NCBI GenBank assembly: GCA_028534125.1
Contig: CM052817.1
Location: 8,930,001-8,994,000, forward strand
Direction of reading: 5' to 3'
Origin: Lama glama
Taxonomy: Eukaryota
Length of the DNA: 64,000 bases
Part shown: positions 25,241 to 39,360 of the stretch, one piece after another
Layout: the number at the start of each line of letters is the position of its first letter
Position numbering within the stretch: the stretch's first letter is position 1
The notes under the pieces: generated by a model
The model's input: only the letters and a program-made list of their open reading frames with translations
The model's database searches: none
What the model was told of the DNA's origin: nothing
Position numbers and translations under genes: made by a program

Positions 25241-28200
25241 CTTTTAAAAAAGAGAAAAAAACTCTAAAAGGCTACAGCTAGAAGGGAGTAGTCTCAATTC
25301 ACTCATCAGAATCTATTTTCAGGAAGCAATTATGTTCACTCAAGTTGAAAGTGTTTTCTCCATAAGTTCACTGGCTCCCAACAAACAAACAGAATTATTG
25401 TTTGACTGATGCCTGATAGACACTTGTAATGACTCCCAAGCCCATTGTTGCTTGTCATCATCTTAGAAATACCCATCCCTCTCGCTGGCTCCGTGTTCCA
25501 CAACTCACTGTTTGTGAGGCATCATTGTCTCCGAGTTCTCTGCCTCGAACACCTGCTTTAACTGCTTTCAAACGGCTGCACAACAGCAGAATGTAACTGC
25601 ACTTTCATCTTCCTTAGGTATCATGTCTAAAGAAAAATCTGCGGTGGGCCTCTTCTTCTGATTAGATGGGCACTCCAGCTGAAAAATAAATTGAGCCTTT
25701 GTCTTTCTGTGAAATCCAATATTTCACAATATACTATTTGACACAGCTCAGATTGCATCGATCTGAATCGGAGCATTGTAGCCCACCAAGAGAACATGCC
25801 CTTTTATTACATTACATGGGTACAGAGAGGTTTAAAAGCCCAAAGCATAAACAAAATCTTGAGCCTTCATTGCTGACTCATTGACATACCGGGTATTAGT
25901 TAAATCTTCAGAAAATGTTTTGCTGGGCATATGAGCTAAAGTTACATAATGACAATGACCAGTAATGCTTGGGGATCACATCATAGGATCATGTGGCACA
26001 AGACATGGATTCGGACACTGTCAGGTATGACTCCCTGCCCAGTGGGGAGACACACCCCCACAAATTCTGTCTGTGGTCATTCCTTTCCTGGCAGTGTCTT
26101 CTGCCTGGAGATGACAAGGAAGATCAGTGTAGGGGAGGAGACATTTGAAAGGAGCCTTGAAGGGCCAGCTGACTTCACTGGGTGGCACCAGGGAAAAATC
26201 ATTTTAACCAGAGGGACTAGAATGTGCAAAGGAGCAAGCACAGAATCTCTCAAGTCTCTGGTTTGTCTGTATTTATCCAAAAGGAGCATAAGAATGAAAT
26301 TGTCCATCTGGGATTGTCCACTGTGAAGAAATGAAGGGCTATCAAGGTCAGATTCTACTCATTCAGTAGATCACTTCTGCTAGTGTACAGAAGGCTTGCC
26401 AATCAGCTAAATCCTCAGTCATTTCTCAGTGAATAGCTGGTCAGGACTCTTCATTCCTTCCTGCAGTTATGAAATGGGTTTTTTAATCTTTTCTCATGAG
26501 CAATTTCACCTTCACTATTTTTCCCCTTTAATTTTTTTTTCAGAGCATTTGTACCTCCAGAGACTGTTTTAACCTCATCTCTTTCATTAATCATGTGAAT
26601 TACAATCCCTCCTCTTTTGTTCTACCAGCAACCTTCATAAACCACTTGTCCTCATCTCTGCACCTTCTTTATCAAAGTGTCATCCAGGATGGAATCAGAG
26701 GAGCCCTGTTGTGCCCCAGTGGAGGGCTGACATGGGGGTTGCACACAACTGCTCATCAGCTCTCTGTGTAGTAGACCTACATCTCGACTTTCACTTTCAT
26801 TATTACCCTTTAATCATTTGATTTCTACCAATACACTGCAACACAGTGAAAAAGCATCTGAGAATAAAACACACCATAAGTGTGTATTCTGGCTCTTCCA
26901 CTCTGTCTGAAGAAGAGCAACACATTTTTTTCTGAACCTCAGTTTCTTAATCTTTAAGATGGGGATAAAAATTCCTTTCTCTGATGATAGTTCAAAAATG
27001 TAGTTCATGGACTCTTAATGTCTGGAGTCTAACAGACCCACAAACATACTTGCCTGTGGGTGTTCATACTGATGATGATACTGGTCCAGTCTTAAAACCA
27101 TAAAAACCACTTCTTCTTACTCCCCAGGGTTGAATAACTTGATATTTTCCTTCATCATTTGTTTAATCCTTCTGGGATCCCTTTCAAAACATCGTCTATT
27201 TTGCAATAATGGTTTAATCCATTGTGGAACAATGAGGGCTAACAAAACTGATTGTACCTATTCTTTCACCAGAATACATGAATAGTTTGCTTTTCATGAG
27301 CACTTTGTTTGCTAGTTGGTTTCAGTGCTGAGGGAACGAGAAGCTTGAAGAACAGGCAAGGAAATTTCCCCTTCACTTGCTCTCAGCCCTCTCGCTCCTT
27401 CGAGTGCCCAGGAATTGCAGTTGTGACTGGGCTAGAACCAACCTCTTGTCAGAGAACGTGTGAGCCCTATCAAAAACAGAAAACAAATTTTATAGACAGA
27501 ACTGTGATTCAAGCACAGTCCACGTCTGAATCAGTGCGAAACTTTGCATAAATTATTTCACCTCCCTGAATATTCTTTTCCTTTTCTAGAAAGTGGTCAC
27601 AATATTATCTGCTTTTCAGCATGGTTAAGAGAACAGCATGAGATCGCATAAGGATACACTTAAGAAGAAGGTAGTTGCTATTAGTAAGATGGCTTCTGCT
27701 ATCTGGTCTGTCGAGTGTGTGACTGAAAGGCTGGAATCTGAGCCACCAGGGAAGATAAGGACTAGTCTTCTTCTTCTGGTAAAAAGCACATAGCACATAG
27801 TAGGCTCTCGGTATTCTGCCTTTGATTTCAGGAGTGACTGTCTTGAGGAAGACCAATGGTCAGATAGTTTGAAAGTAGTGTTGTACCTATTACAAAATAA
27901 AAGTGAACAATATGACAAAGAAAAAATTTTAAAAATAAAATAAAATGGTTCTGAACAAACGTCACTCAGTATCTTCTGCCTAGTTGAGGAAGCTCTTTTC
28001 TAACATGTAAGTTAATAAGCCAAAGTATTGGCTTTTTGAGCATTCGTGTATGCAAATATCATATGAGACACAAAGGGGAAAATATTATTATTATTCAAAT
28101 CATGTCTTCCATGAACCACTGCTCTCATATCAGGGGATACTCGTCAGATGTAAATATACTTCAGACAATATCTGAGTGTTGGTTGCCACAAGAGAAGTGA

Positions 28201-29379
28201 AAGCAAAGGACTTTGAGATCTGAGTATTATGGAGAAAGCTTCTACTTTATGAGGCTATGAAATTTCCCTGCAGAGAAAGACTTTGAACTTGGCAGGCAAG
28301 GATAGACTTGAGGAGATGGAGTTTAAGTTAGGTTAAAGCTGCTGGATTGCACGTACCAGAAAGAAAAAAAAAAGCCATTTTAAATGGTTCTCTTAAAGAA
28401 AAGGAATAATTTGTTGGAAAAAGGAATAAAGAAATAATTGAAATACCAAGCTTGAGGAAAGTCAGGAGCCAGGGCCTGCATGGAGATGTCAGCAACAAAA
28501 GAACATTAACTCTTCTATCTAAGATCCAATTAAGAAATAACTAGCTTTCAGTTGCATTTCACAATAAGATATCTCTGCTACTGCATTCAAATTCTCAGGA
28601 GAGAACATCCAACTGACACAGAGGGTAGCAGTCAAAAATGGTCAATCTGGGGACAGCATGGCCATTATAAATACCTTTGTAAGTAAGGCAACCACCTCAA
28701 TTTGTGTTGCTTATGGGTCAGAATGAAGGAACAAATTCTAGGGAGACGTGAACAGTAGCATGGAGATCAAAAACTCAAGAATTGAGAACTGGGTGAATGA
28801 AACATGGCCAGATTGTAGGGCTTAGGAAAGAGAGGACAGACGAAAGCTGGATCTGTGTCTATTCCAAATTCCTTCCTGATCCCATGAATAAAGCATGAGC
28901 AAGAGATGAGTTCAGAAAGGGACAAGTGGCATTTGGCCAGATTATTGCAACAACCAAAAAATTGTTCTTGGCGGAATCTTCTGAGATTGTCACTGATCAA
29001 TGGGACAAAAATTACTCTGGGAATACTAGCTGGTGAGAGCAGATGTGTTCAGTTCCATTCCACCTCATGGACTGAGTGCCTGCCCAAAGTAAAGACCAAA
29101 GTGTTTCAAGCATTCTGAAAAACATTTCTTGAATTGAATTTATCACAACCTGAAAGTCTTGTTCTGATTTTGTTATCTCAATTGATTATACACTCTGTTC
29201 GGATATTTGATTTGTTTTCAAATTCTGTCTAATTCTCACTCATTTGCTCAATGCATTCTTTTGTGAATCCAAGCATTTATTCATTCACTCAATAGATGAG
29301 GACTGAATGGCTCAAGGCAGGGGAATCAGTTTCTATGTTTACCTTGTAACTCTTATGAGACTTCACTGATATAAAATGT

Positions 29380-30690
29380 AAGAAATACAAAAAAAAGGAA
29401 TACATTCATATCAGAAAACAAAGAACCAGATTAGAGGGAGTCACAACTGCTGGCAGTGAAGAGATTTCAGCAAATTACCAAAATAGAGTTAATGGATGAA
29501 TATTTAGATAGAGTGACAATCCAGAGTTTATCCTTAGGAGGTTACAGTGGAAGTAAGAGCCGATCTTCACTGGGACTCAGAACATCCGTAACTCAGGGTC
29601 AGTAAGTGCAGTGGAAGAGAGGAATGAGAAGTGGAGATGAAAATAGGGAAAATAATTCAAGGTCTACTTAACTGTGCCTTTCTTCTTGCACAGCAAGAGA
29701 CAGACTGATACCACTTTATGCATAGTTATGAAGTGGGGTCTGTTTTCTATAGAGGTTGAATAAACTGTGTGGGAAAAGCTAAGTTTTCTTATGTGGATAT
29801 TGGCTAAAAAACATTGCTTCCTCAACCTTCATTAGGAGCCCAGTAGACCCAAAGCTTTTTTCTCTATGCAATGATCCTGTTAAAAATGTTTTGCCTTGAT
29901 ATTTCCTTTCCACCCAAAACTTCCACTTAGATGTGAGACCTTATAAGAAAAAGTGAAAAGAAAACCCATAGTAGCTACTCAGGCTTTCTTCTTAAGTGTA
30001 AACATGAACTCAAAGATCACTAAGTAAATAAAAAGAAGCAGGATCATGAAAGAGAAAGACCTGAATGGATGAAAAAAACACTGCAACAAGAGTAAACAGA
30101 GGTAACTCGGGGAACAGTAGAGAACATTTAAAACCTCTCATTTGTATCTTCAGGGAGATTGTAAAAGATTGTATCTACAAACCAGGGACCAAATAAGAGA
30201 AAAGGAAACAAATAGAGAACAAAGATTCTCTCTTAAAGAATAAAACTATGCATTAAAAAAAGTAGAAAATATGGAAAATAAGATTAAGAAAAATTTCTAA
30301 GAACAAAAACACCAGGAAACATAAAATTCAGCTTATAGAAATGAAATATAAAGAATCATTACAGAATGTCTTAGGTGGGGTCCTAGAATGATAAAACAAA
30401 GGAAGCAATTAAGAAAAACAAATACATATAAGTTAGAATAATCTCAAAATAAACGAGCAAACTTTCAAACTGAAAGGGTTGACAAATAGATGAGCATAAT
30501 TAATTTTAAAAAAATTCCCACATATTAACATATTTTCATAAAATATACATCAGTGATTAACTTCCTAAAGAAAAAACATACATCACATACAAAAGAACAA
30601 AAATAAGACTATTACCTAGTGAGTCTTTCCAGCATCAGTACCACGTATCAAAAAATTACACAGCAATGGACTCAAAGTTCTAATGGAAAA
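29380..30690 (+). mobile_element. HAL1 or ancient L1 ORF1-like remnant
   Basis: Strongly A-rich; aactcaaagatcact...tttcaaactgaaaggg...tcacatacaaaagaacaaaaataagact...cagcaatggactcaaagttctaatggaaaa. Confidence 0.55.
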
Positions 30691-30759
30691 ATGTCCCCTC
30701 TTTTACCTAAAAGATATTTTAAAAAGAATCCTTGTCCTTTAAAATAGTAATTTAACCCA

Positions 30760-31760
30760 CTGAATTTTATTATTATCACATTTCAACTTTATTTCTGGCA
30801 TTTCAATTTTATTTGTTTCCTTTAACTTTTCCTGATTTCTGTTGAAAGTCATAATCTTTTCATTTTTTTATACTGCCTCTTCCATGAAGTCTTACATACC
30901 CATTTTACATCCCCATAGTAGTTTCTGAGAATAACTTTGTCCTCTCCATAACATAATCACTAGGGAGTGCCAGTTCTCTAAATTTTTTGACAAACTAAGA
31001 GTAAAAGAAAATAATTTTATTTATTACTAGTAAAAATTCATATTAGTCATTGTATTCATTTTTTGGTAAGTTGTTCATAAATATTTTCCCCTTTTTTAGT
31101 TTATAAGCATTAATTATATATTTTGTATATTAACTTTATGTTGTTTTACATTTTGTTTCTCCGAATTTGTCACTTATTTTTTAATTTTCTGTTAAGTGGA
31201 TTTTGTGAAACAGAAGTTTTTAATTTTTAAGAGATAGCATTACCAATCCTTTCCTTTATGTCTTTTGAGTTTGATGTTTTTGTGAACGTATTCAATTTCA
31301 AAATTATTTTTTAAAATTGCCTTCTATCTTTCTAATACTTTTGTTTTAATTTTTATGTTTATTTTTCACTCTAAGATATCTGGCATTTTTTTTATTTGTT
31401 CAAAGATTCATTCTAAGTTAATTTTAATATAAATCAACTTTTCTAAAATTATTTTAAGTGATAATTTTAAAACATTTCTAAAATTATTTATTGACAAGTC
31501 TATCCATTCATCAGTAATTTGAAATTACAATTTCCACATGAAATATGTACACGAAGTTTATAGAATATACACATGAGTCTGTGGTTTCTCTATTCAGAAT
31601 AAAGAGAGTAAGCCCATTGAGTTGTTTATTCTAATGTTAATACCACATTGTGTTAAGTATTACCATTTTGTGTGCTGTGCCTTTATATCTGGTGAAACAT
31701 TTGCTCTTTTGTCTTGTTTTAAGCTACTATTTCCAGATTAATTTTAGAATTGACTCATTA
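30760..31760 (-). mobile_element. Decayed ancient L1 (L1ME-like), antisense
   Basis: Very T-rich; cagaagtttttaattttt...ttccttttatg...aataccacattg...ttttagaattg. Confidence 0.45.
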
Positions 31761-31799
31761 TATACATTATCCCATTAGGCAATATGTCATAGGACAGGT

Positions 31800-33793
31800 A
31801 AACACAGAAAACCCAATCATTATTTCTTTACACCCTCAGTAATCCATCAAAAACCAAAATCAAAAGCACAAACCACTTATAATCACTCTAAATATGAAAT
31901 ACTTAGGAATAAGCCTAACAAAACACAGATAAGACATATATGTAGAAAAGCTATAAAATCCTGGTGAGAAAAAGCAAAGATCTAACTAAATGGAGAGACA
32001 TATCATATAAATGAATTGAAAGATTTACCATCATAAAGATATCATTTCTAACCAAGCTGATCTATAGATTTAACACAATTTTGACCAAAACCCCACCAAA
32101 AGTCTTGTACCTGTAGACAAGATTATTTTAAATTTTACACACAAAGAAAAGACTATCTTAAAAACATTTTGAAGAGGAAGAGTAAAGTAGATTATCCAAT
32201 TTTAAGACTTAAAATGTAACTCATAATTAAAACACTGTGGTATTGGTAGAGGAATAGACAGTAGACAGTGCAATGGAGTTAAAGAACATAAAACAGATCC
32301 ACAAAACTGTACTCCACTGATTTTTGACCAAAGTGCAAAGGCAACCCAGTGGAGGAAGGGCAGTCTTTTCAACAAAAGGCGCTGGAACAACTGGACATTG
32401 AGAGGCAAAAAGCAACCTCAAACTAAAACTGATACTTTCTACAAACATTAACTCAAAATGAATCATAGGTCTAAAAGTAAAATGTGAAGCTAAAAATCAT
32501 TTAGAAGAGAAAATAAGAAAATCTCTGTGATCTATAGTTGAACAAAGAATTCCTAGACATGATGTAGGAGACACCTAAAAACTTAAAAGTGGATAAACTA
32601 AATTAAAAGTGTTTTCTCTGTGAAAAATCCTGTTAGAGAGTAAGAAAAACTACTGAATGAGAAAACCTATTTGCAAATCACATAGGACTTGACAAAGTAC
32701 TTCTACCCAGAATGAATATGTGTGTGTGTGTGTGTGTGTGTATGTGTGTGTACATCATCCCACACTTTACAGTAAAAAAAAAAAAACCCACAATCCATTA
32801 AAAAATGGAAAAAAAAAACTTGAACAGATACTATAAAACAAGGTATGTGAATTATAAAAAAGCATGCTAAAAGATCCTCAACATCACTAGACATTGGAGA
32901 AATGTAAATGAAAAACCATGGTGAGATACCACTAAAAATCTATTAAAATGTCTAAAATAACACTGACAGTATCAACTGCAGGAAACCATGTGGAGAAACT
33001 GGATCTCTCATAAACTGCTACAGGGAATGGAATATAGTAAGCTTCCCTGGAAAACAGTTTGGTGCTTTCCTTTGAAGTTAAACATACATTTACCACATGA
33101 CCCAGTAATGCCTCTCTGGGGTCTTTACCCAAGAGAATTGAAAACATATGTTCACACTAAAACCTATACACAAACATTCATAGCAGCTTTATTTGTAATA
33201 GCCCCAAACTGGAAGCAATTCAAACGTCCTTCAAGGGGTGAATGGTTAAACAAACTCTGGTACATCACACAAGGGAATACTACTCACCAATAAAAAGAAA
33301 CGAATTATTGGATGGATACATCTCAAGAGCATCAGACTGGATTTAAAAAAAAATCCAGTCTCATATGGTTGCATACCCTATAGTTCCTTTTATGTAACAC
33401 CCTCAAAATGACAAAATTATAGAGCTGGAGAATAGATTACTGTGAGAGTTTAAAGGAAAAGTGTGACTATTAAGGAACAGCATGAGGGATTCCTTATGTA
33501 GTGAAAGAATAATCCTGTATCTCAACTGTGGTGGTGGTTATACAAATCTGTATGGTAATGAAAACATCATAGCACTTACACATGTAAACCATATACATGT
33601 TTAAAAATGAGTGCTTATAAAAACTTGTGAAATCTGAGTAAGGTTTGTTGTCTAGGTAATTTCATTGGGCCAAGGTCAATTTTCTAGCTTTCATAATATT
33701 GAGAGAAGCCAAGTAATGAGTACATTGGGTCTCACTGAACTCTCTTGAAACTTCTTGGGCATCTATCACTACTTCAAAATGAAAAGCTAAAAA
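31800..33793 (+). mobile_element. Old L1 (L1MD/L1MC-like) ORF2 3' part and 3' UTR
   Basis: aaatacttaggaataagcctaac...tttttgaccaaagtgcaaaggcaa...; ORF 32988-33293 carries L1 ORF2 motifs (WKTVW, LPHDP, FIAALFVIAPNWKQ). Confidence 0.85.
32719..32751. repeat. (TG)n microsatellite inside the L1
   Basis: Read directly from the sequence. Confidence 0.95.
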
Positions 33794-34289
33794 TGTACAT
33801 AAATAGAATTCCACTATATGTGTGCTTCTACAACTTTTTTGTCCCATTAGCATTGCTTTATCCCAAGGACTACCTACAGCTCCTAAGTATTCATTTCCAC
33901 TGCTGTGCAGTAGTCTATCACTTATTATTTATCTTCCCAATAATACACCCTTAAATTGTCTCCAGTCTATCATGTTGTTGTTATTGTTTTGCTATTCACA
34001 ATAGCAATGCTGTGGACAATCTGGTGCACGTATGAGATAATTTCTCTGGGTATATACTCAGGACGGAAAGTACTGGATCATACAAGATAGACATTTTGGA
34101 AAGCACACTCCAAAGTAGTTACACCAATTTGTACCACAAGTAGTCATTAGCAATCCTCTTTTTCAATGTTATCAATATTTTTAAAGCTTTTGCCGGTTTG
34201 TTGATGAAAATTGGTATTTCGCTGTTTACTTTTGCAATGCCATTTTTATGAGTGTTATTTCGAATATTTAGTGATTGTATATGCCTGCC

Positions 34290-34690
34290 TCTTCAGTCTA
34301 TGCCCTACTGCTCTATCTCACTACCAGTTACTCTCCAGCCACACTGGTCTTCTTGTGTCTTCTTGTTCGGGTAATGAGGCTTTCTTAGGGGGTCTTTGTA
34401 CTTGCTCTTACTCTACTTACCCATTCTGCTTGAAATAGTCAAACAATTAGACTCTTCTTGTTCTCCTGGTCTCACTTTACCTTCTCAGAGGGACCTATTC
34501 TAACTACCATCATATCACTCTTTAAAAACTTTTAAATACGTTTCATTATTCTCTGAAATAGTTGAAAAAATCTTGATCATTTTTTTGTTTCAGAACATTG
34601 TCTTTCCCTCTTTTAGGATGTAATTCCTTGGGAGGAAATAATCTCATAAGTCTTGTTTATTAATCTCCCTTCTACCTAAAATAATGAGGA
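34290..34690 (+). mobile_element. L2 fragment
   Basis: ctccagccacactggtcttctt...tttgtacttgct...ccttctcagagggacct. Confidence 0.5.
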
Positions 34691-35553
34691 GATAACAGCA
34701 CATTGACTGGGAAATTATGAGTCTTAGAACAGCTTGGCATGTTGAATGGAGCATGCAAAACCAGGTTGAAGAATATAAAGTTATTTTTGAATGTGGTGGT
34801 AACATTAAAGGAATATAGAAAGAACATGTACAATCCTATTTAAGTAACAAGGTTTATGTGATTCTCCTGCACAAGCCATACACACTAAATTTCTCACCAT
34901 AGGTTTGTTCCCTCATGGATCATTGGGCTCTAGGAAGGTTATATAGTGACTATTTCAAGATTTTCCATCACTCCACTATAATTTGGGGGTCTCTGTCTCT
35001 GAAATTCCATACCTTCTTACTTGTTGCTTTACTTCTTGTTTCCCTGGAGTTTATTTTCAAACCAACTCTAAGAAAAGATACCCTCAATTTTTTTTTTCAG
35101 AATCCTTGCATGTACATTCTACTCTAATTTGATAGTTTAGCAAGATATCAAATAATAAACTAAAATTATTTTGAATAGTAAATCAAGATGAAATTATAGA
35201 ACATGGAATCAAATAACAAGACAACCCTAAATAATAAATTGTTGAGATGATCTGAAATACATGTATTACAAAACTGGAAAGACAGAATAAATGATTAAAC
35301 TATTCAATCCAATACAGAAAATGAATAAGAGAGTAAAGAACTAAACTAGAAACTAAAGATTTAAACATAAACTATTAAAATAGAAAAAATTAAAAACCAT
35401 GAAAGGAAATAGGACATGATGATATCATGAACCGAATTTTTGAAAAGTCAAAGAGAGAGAGAAGGTCTGATCAAATAAGAAAGAAACACCAAATAAGGAG
35501 CATTGTGATAGTCAAGGGTTTCTAATTACTAACACATTTTTTAAAAATTACTT

Positions 35554-35773
35554 TTCAAAATTTGTAGATACTGACAGGCATATGCAGAATAGATAAATAA
35601 GATTATACTGTATAGCACAGGGAAACATATACAAGATCTTGTGGTAGCTCACAGCGAAAAAAAAAATGTGACAATGAATATATGTATGTTCATGTATAAC
35701 TGAAAAATTATGCTCTACACTGGAATTTGACACAACATTGTAAAATGACTATAACCCAATAAAAAAAGTTAAA
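35554..35773 (+). mobile_element. Young camelid-type L1 3' end, 5'-truncated
   Basis: Near-identical to the reverse complement of 615-830; 11-bp TSD aaaaattactt (35543-35553 and 35774-35784) at a TT/AAAA site. Confidence 0.92.
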
Positions 35774-36159
35774 AAAAATTACTTAATACAAGTAAACAAA
35801 TTCATTATAAAAACTGTATAAATTTTAATATCCAAATCTAAAAGATTGTACAGATTATACTCTCTAATGATTACACTGTGAACTTGGTCTCATATATACA
35901 CACCCACATAGAAATTTTAAAACATTCTTTTAAATAACTCATCTAAAACTATATACTAATTTATGTAAATTAATTAATTGAAAATCTAGGTGACGTGTAC
36001 AGAGTTCCTAAAAAAATAAAAATTTCTGAAAATCTTTAGGAGAAATTGAGCTTTTCAAAAACAGCAGACTAGTCAAAAGTGTCAAAAGCTTCAGATGTGC
36101 AGAATTTGGCATTCTTATGAAAGGATAAAAATGAAATTCCTTTGTGTGCTTCAAAGTGA

Positions 36160-36420
36160 CTCTTTTAAGGTTTCAGTTTATAAACATCTAATCTGTTTTA
36201 ATCCTTCTTGGCCAAGGATATAAGTCCTTCTCATCTCCTTGATTTTCCTGTTAGGGAGCAAACTCTTCTTCCCTGTTTATTAAATTTCCTAATTTTTGCA
36301 AAATCGAATAGGTAAGTCTGTGTAATTTTTGAGTTCAGTGTAATGATCACAGTTGCTCACAGATATAAGCCACTATCTCCAGTATCATCTTTGTCAGTAA
36401 TAAAGTATATTTTGATTATT
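36160..36420 (-). mobile_element. Possible L3/CR1 remnant
   Basis: Weak resemblance to antisense CR1 RT-region text (ctgttttaatccttcttg...gagttcagtgtaatgatcac). Confidence 0.3.
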
Positions 36421-37769
36421 TATCTCCCTTTTTTGTTTTAGTTTTAATAGGTTCAGAACTTTAATTGAGGCGATCTATGCTGTGTATTGAGTCTTTTTGA
36501 ATCCTCAACTACTGTTCCAACCATAAAAGCAATAAAAGAAGAACTTTCCATGCCATTCTCTCTTAAAGAGATAATTGCATCCAGTTGCACTGGAAAAGGC
36601 CAGTTCACCAAGCATCTCACCACACACAATCCACTTAGGAGGAAAGAAAGTAGAAGTGAAACTGGATGCACTGCTACATAAAAGAAAATAATTTTCTATT
36701 TATTTAAGCCACTAGACTTTTAGGACTCCACACATCAGAAGCCACAACTTCCTCCTAACAAATGAGCCTTATGAACTCAATTATTTTTCAGTGAGAATTA
36801 CAAGCTGATAGAGGTACAAAGAATTGCCAGAATTCCTTGTAGGAATGCAAGGAAGCAATTGTGTAATTATTTCATGATAGCTATATGAAAAACTTATTAT
36901 ATTTGTATTTGCTTTTAAAAGAATGCAAAGTAGGAACAAATGTTGAAAAACAGTGCAATTTGCAGGTGAAAGACGGTCCAGCAAATGGTGTGTTGTGCTA
37001 CATCTCTAAAGGAGACAATGAAAAAGTGCTTTAGTAACTGAACATTTCCATTTCTGAAATTAATTAGCACTTCCCAATGTCTGGTATGCTCATCTTATGA
37101 ACAATTCCTTTATTAATATACAGAGAGCTAATATAAAAAGCACATTCTTATGTTAATTACATAATTAATCCAGGCACAATTAAACCACTAAATTCACATA
37201 GTAATAATTTTTTTATTTTGGTCTCATAGATACTAATTTTTTTTTACAAGTTAACATTTAGGTGGTCTTTCTCACCATTTCATTATTTAGTATGGACCAT
37301 TGGACTCTTAAAATGTATAAACTTGGAAATCATAAAGAGTTAGAGGCCTTTCATGTAGTTTTATAAGTCTTATCTAGAGAATTTCATACAACTTTAGCAT
37401 GCGAGCTCAGTAAATATTAACATCATCCAGCAAGTAACATTTGGCACTGAAAATAAAGGTACTTAACCTCTTCCTTTTTGGGCAGTTAATCACATGACTG
37501 AGTAGTTTGGAAATTTCAAAGCTGAAAGGACTAGTGTTCCCTTTTTCCTCATGAGGCCATTGAGAACAGTGTCAGCACCAATGATGGTTCCACACCACAT
37601 ACCAAGGACAAGGTGTTTGGCAAGGCATCATAGACTGACTGGGCACAAGGATTTCTTAAAGCATACCCCACCATCTTTTTCTGGGTCTCCCTAGAAGCAT
37701 GGAGGAGATCTGAATAGTTTCCATGTTCCAGGGGTAAGATGGCTAAGCATGAGAGCTGGTATGCCCCAT

Positions 37770-37770
<1 letters not shown>

Positions 37771-37827
<57 letters not shown>
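37771..37827. repeat. (TAA)19 microsatellite
   Basis: 57 bp perfect trinucleotide run, read directly. Confidence 0.98.
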
Positions 37828-37829
<2 letters not shown>

Positions 37830-38277
37830 TTATTATAATATAATGCAATAATATATACTATAACATATTATATTTAAAATATATAATACACCTCATATTA
37901 TTATACTGACTTGCTAGAAGGTTACCACAGAAAACAGAGGCAGAGATTGTCCAGACCATGTATCAGCTGGTGGTGGCAGCTTATCTCAGAGCATAGCAGC
38001 TCCAGTCATATAAAAGGTGAGAATTGAGCTGACAAAGGAAAATGGCCAAATTCTCCAGGAGGTATTACAGGGCACTATGTAACATCATGATGTCAGGGGA
38101 TGAAATTGCGCTCTTTGATGGACATTTTTCACTGGCTAACCTGTGCTGCCCTAACTCATGATCTTTAACCACATTGTAGGCAATATACCAAGATGCCTCC
38201 TGGGAATTTGACTCAAAAATAAGTTTTCAACTAGCAAGTGATTATAGTCTCACACTGTGTTTGAGAATAACTGGATT

Positions 38278-39045
38278 ATGAATGATAAATGCTGGAAAGG
38301 GTTTGGAGAAAAGGGAACCCTCTTACACTGCTGGTGGGAATGTAATTTGGTGCAGCCACAGTATGGAGATTCCTCAAAAAACTAAAAATAGACCTACGAT
38401 ATGATCCAACAATCCCACTTCTGGGTATATATCCAGAGGGAACTCTAATCTGAAAAGATACATATGCCCAGTGTTCATAGCAACACTGTATACAGTGGCC
38501 AAGACATGCAAGTGGCCTAAATATCCATCAACAGATGACTGGATAAAGATGCTGTGGTATGTTTATACAATGGAATACTACTCAGCCATAAAAATAAAAT
38601 AATGTGATTTGCAGCAACATGGATGGACCTAGAGATCGTCATTCCATGTGAAGCCAGAAAGAGAAAGAAAAATACTGTATGATACCACTCATATGTGGAA
38701 TCTGGAAAAAAAAAAGAAAGGAAAAAAAAGGACACTATGAACTCATCTACAAAACAGAAACAGACTCACAGACATAGTAAACAATCTCATGGTTACAGGG
38801 GAAAGAGGGTGGGAAGGAATAAATTTGGGAGTTTGAGATTTACAAATGTTAGCCACTATATATAAAAATAGATTTTAAAAAAATGTTTCTTCTGTACAGC
38901 ACAGGGAACTATGTTCAATATCTCATTATAACCTTTAATGAAAACAATATGAAAATGAATATATGTATGTATATTCATGACTGTGACATTGTGCTCTACA
39001 CCAGAAATTGACACATTGTAACTGACTGTACTTAAGCAAAAACAT
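38278..39045 (+). mobile_element. Camelid/artiodactyl-type L1, ORF2 end plus 3' UTR
   Basis: aaatgctggaaagggtttggagaaaagggaaccctc...gaaattgacacattgtaactgactgtactt; 13-bp TSD gaataactggatt/gaagaactggatt. Confidence 0.92.
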
Positions 39046-39199
39046 GAAGAACTGGATTGATCTGAGTCTTCCAGAATTGGGGAGGTTGAATTGGCTGCTA
39101 ACAGAGCAGCAGCCACAGCTTATATCATTTTTGAAGTTATCTGTATCTCTTGAGGGGAGATAATGAAATATATTCCACTACTCAAAAAAGGAAGTGTGT

Positions 39200-39360
39200 C
39201 AGTGAAAGATGCTAGACTTTGAAGATGGGAAGACATGGGTATAAGTTTACCCTCTATCACTAAGCTGTCTGGGTACATGTGGGCAAGTCCAAGGCTCACT
39301 GTCTTTCCTCCATGTCAGAATGGGGATAATGAAATGCCTGTCTTGCTGTGAGGATGGGTG
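39200..39360 (+). mobile_element. MIR fragment
   Basis: ctagactttgaag...gggcaagtcc...tttcctccatgtcagaatggggataatg. Confidence 0.5.

Noticed and set aside
37549..37848. ORF with a poly-Leu, signal-peptide-like stretch
   Set aside because: The leucine run is the (TAA)19 microsatellite read on the minus strand.
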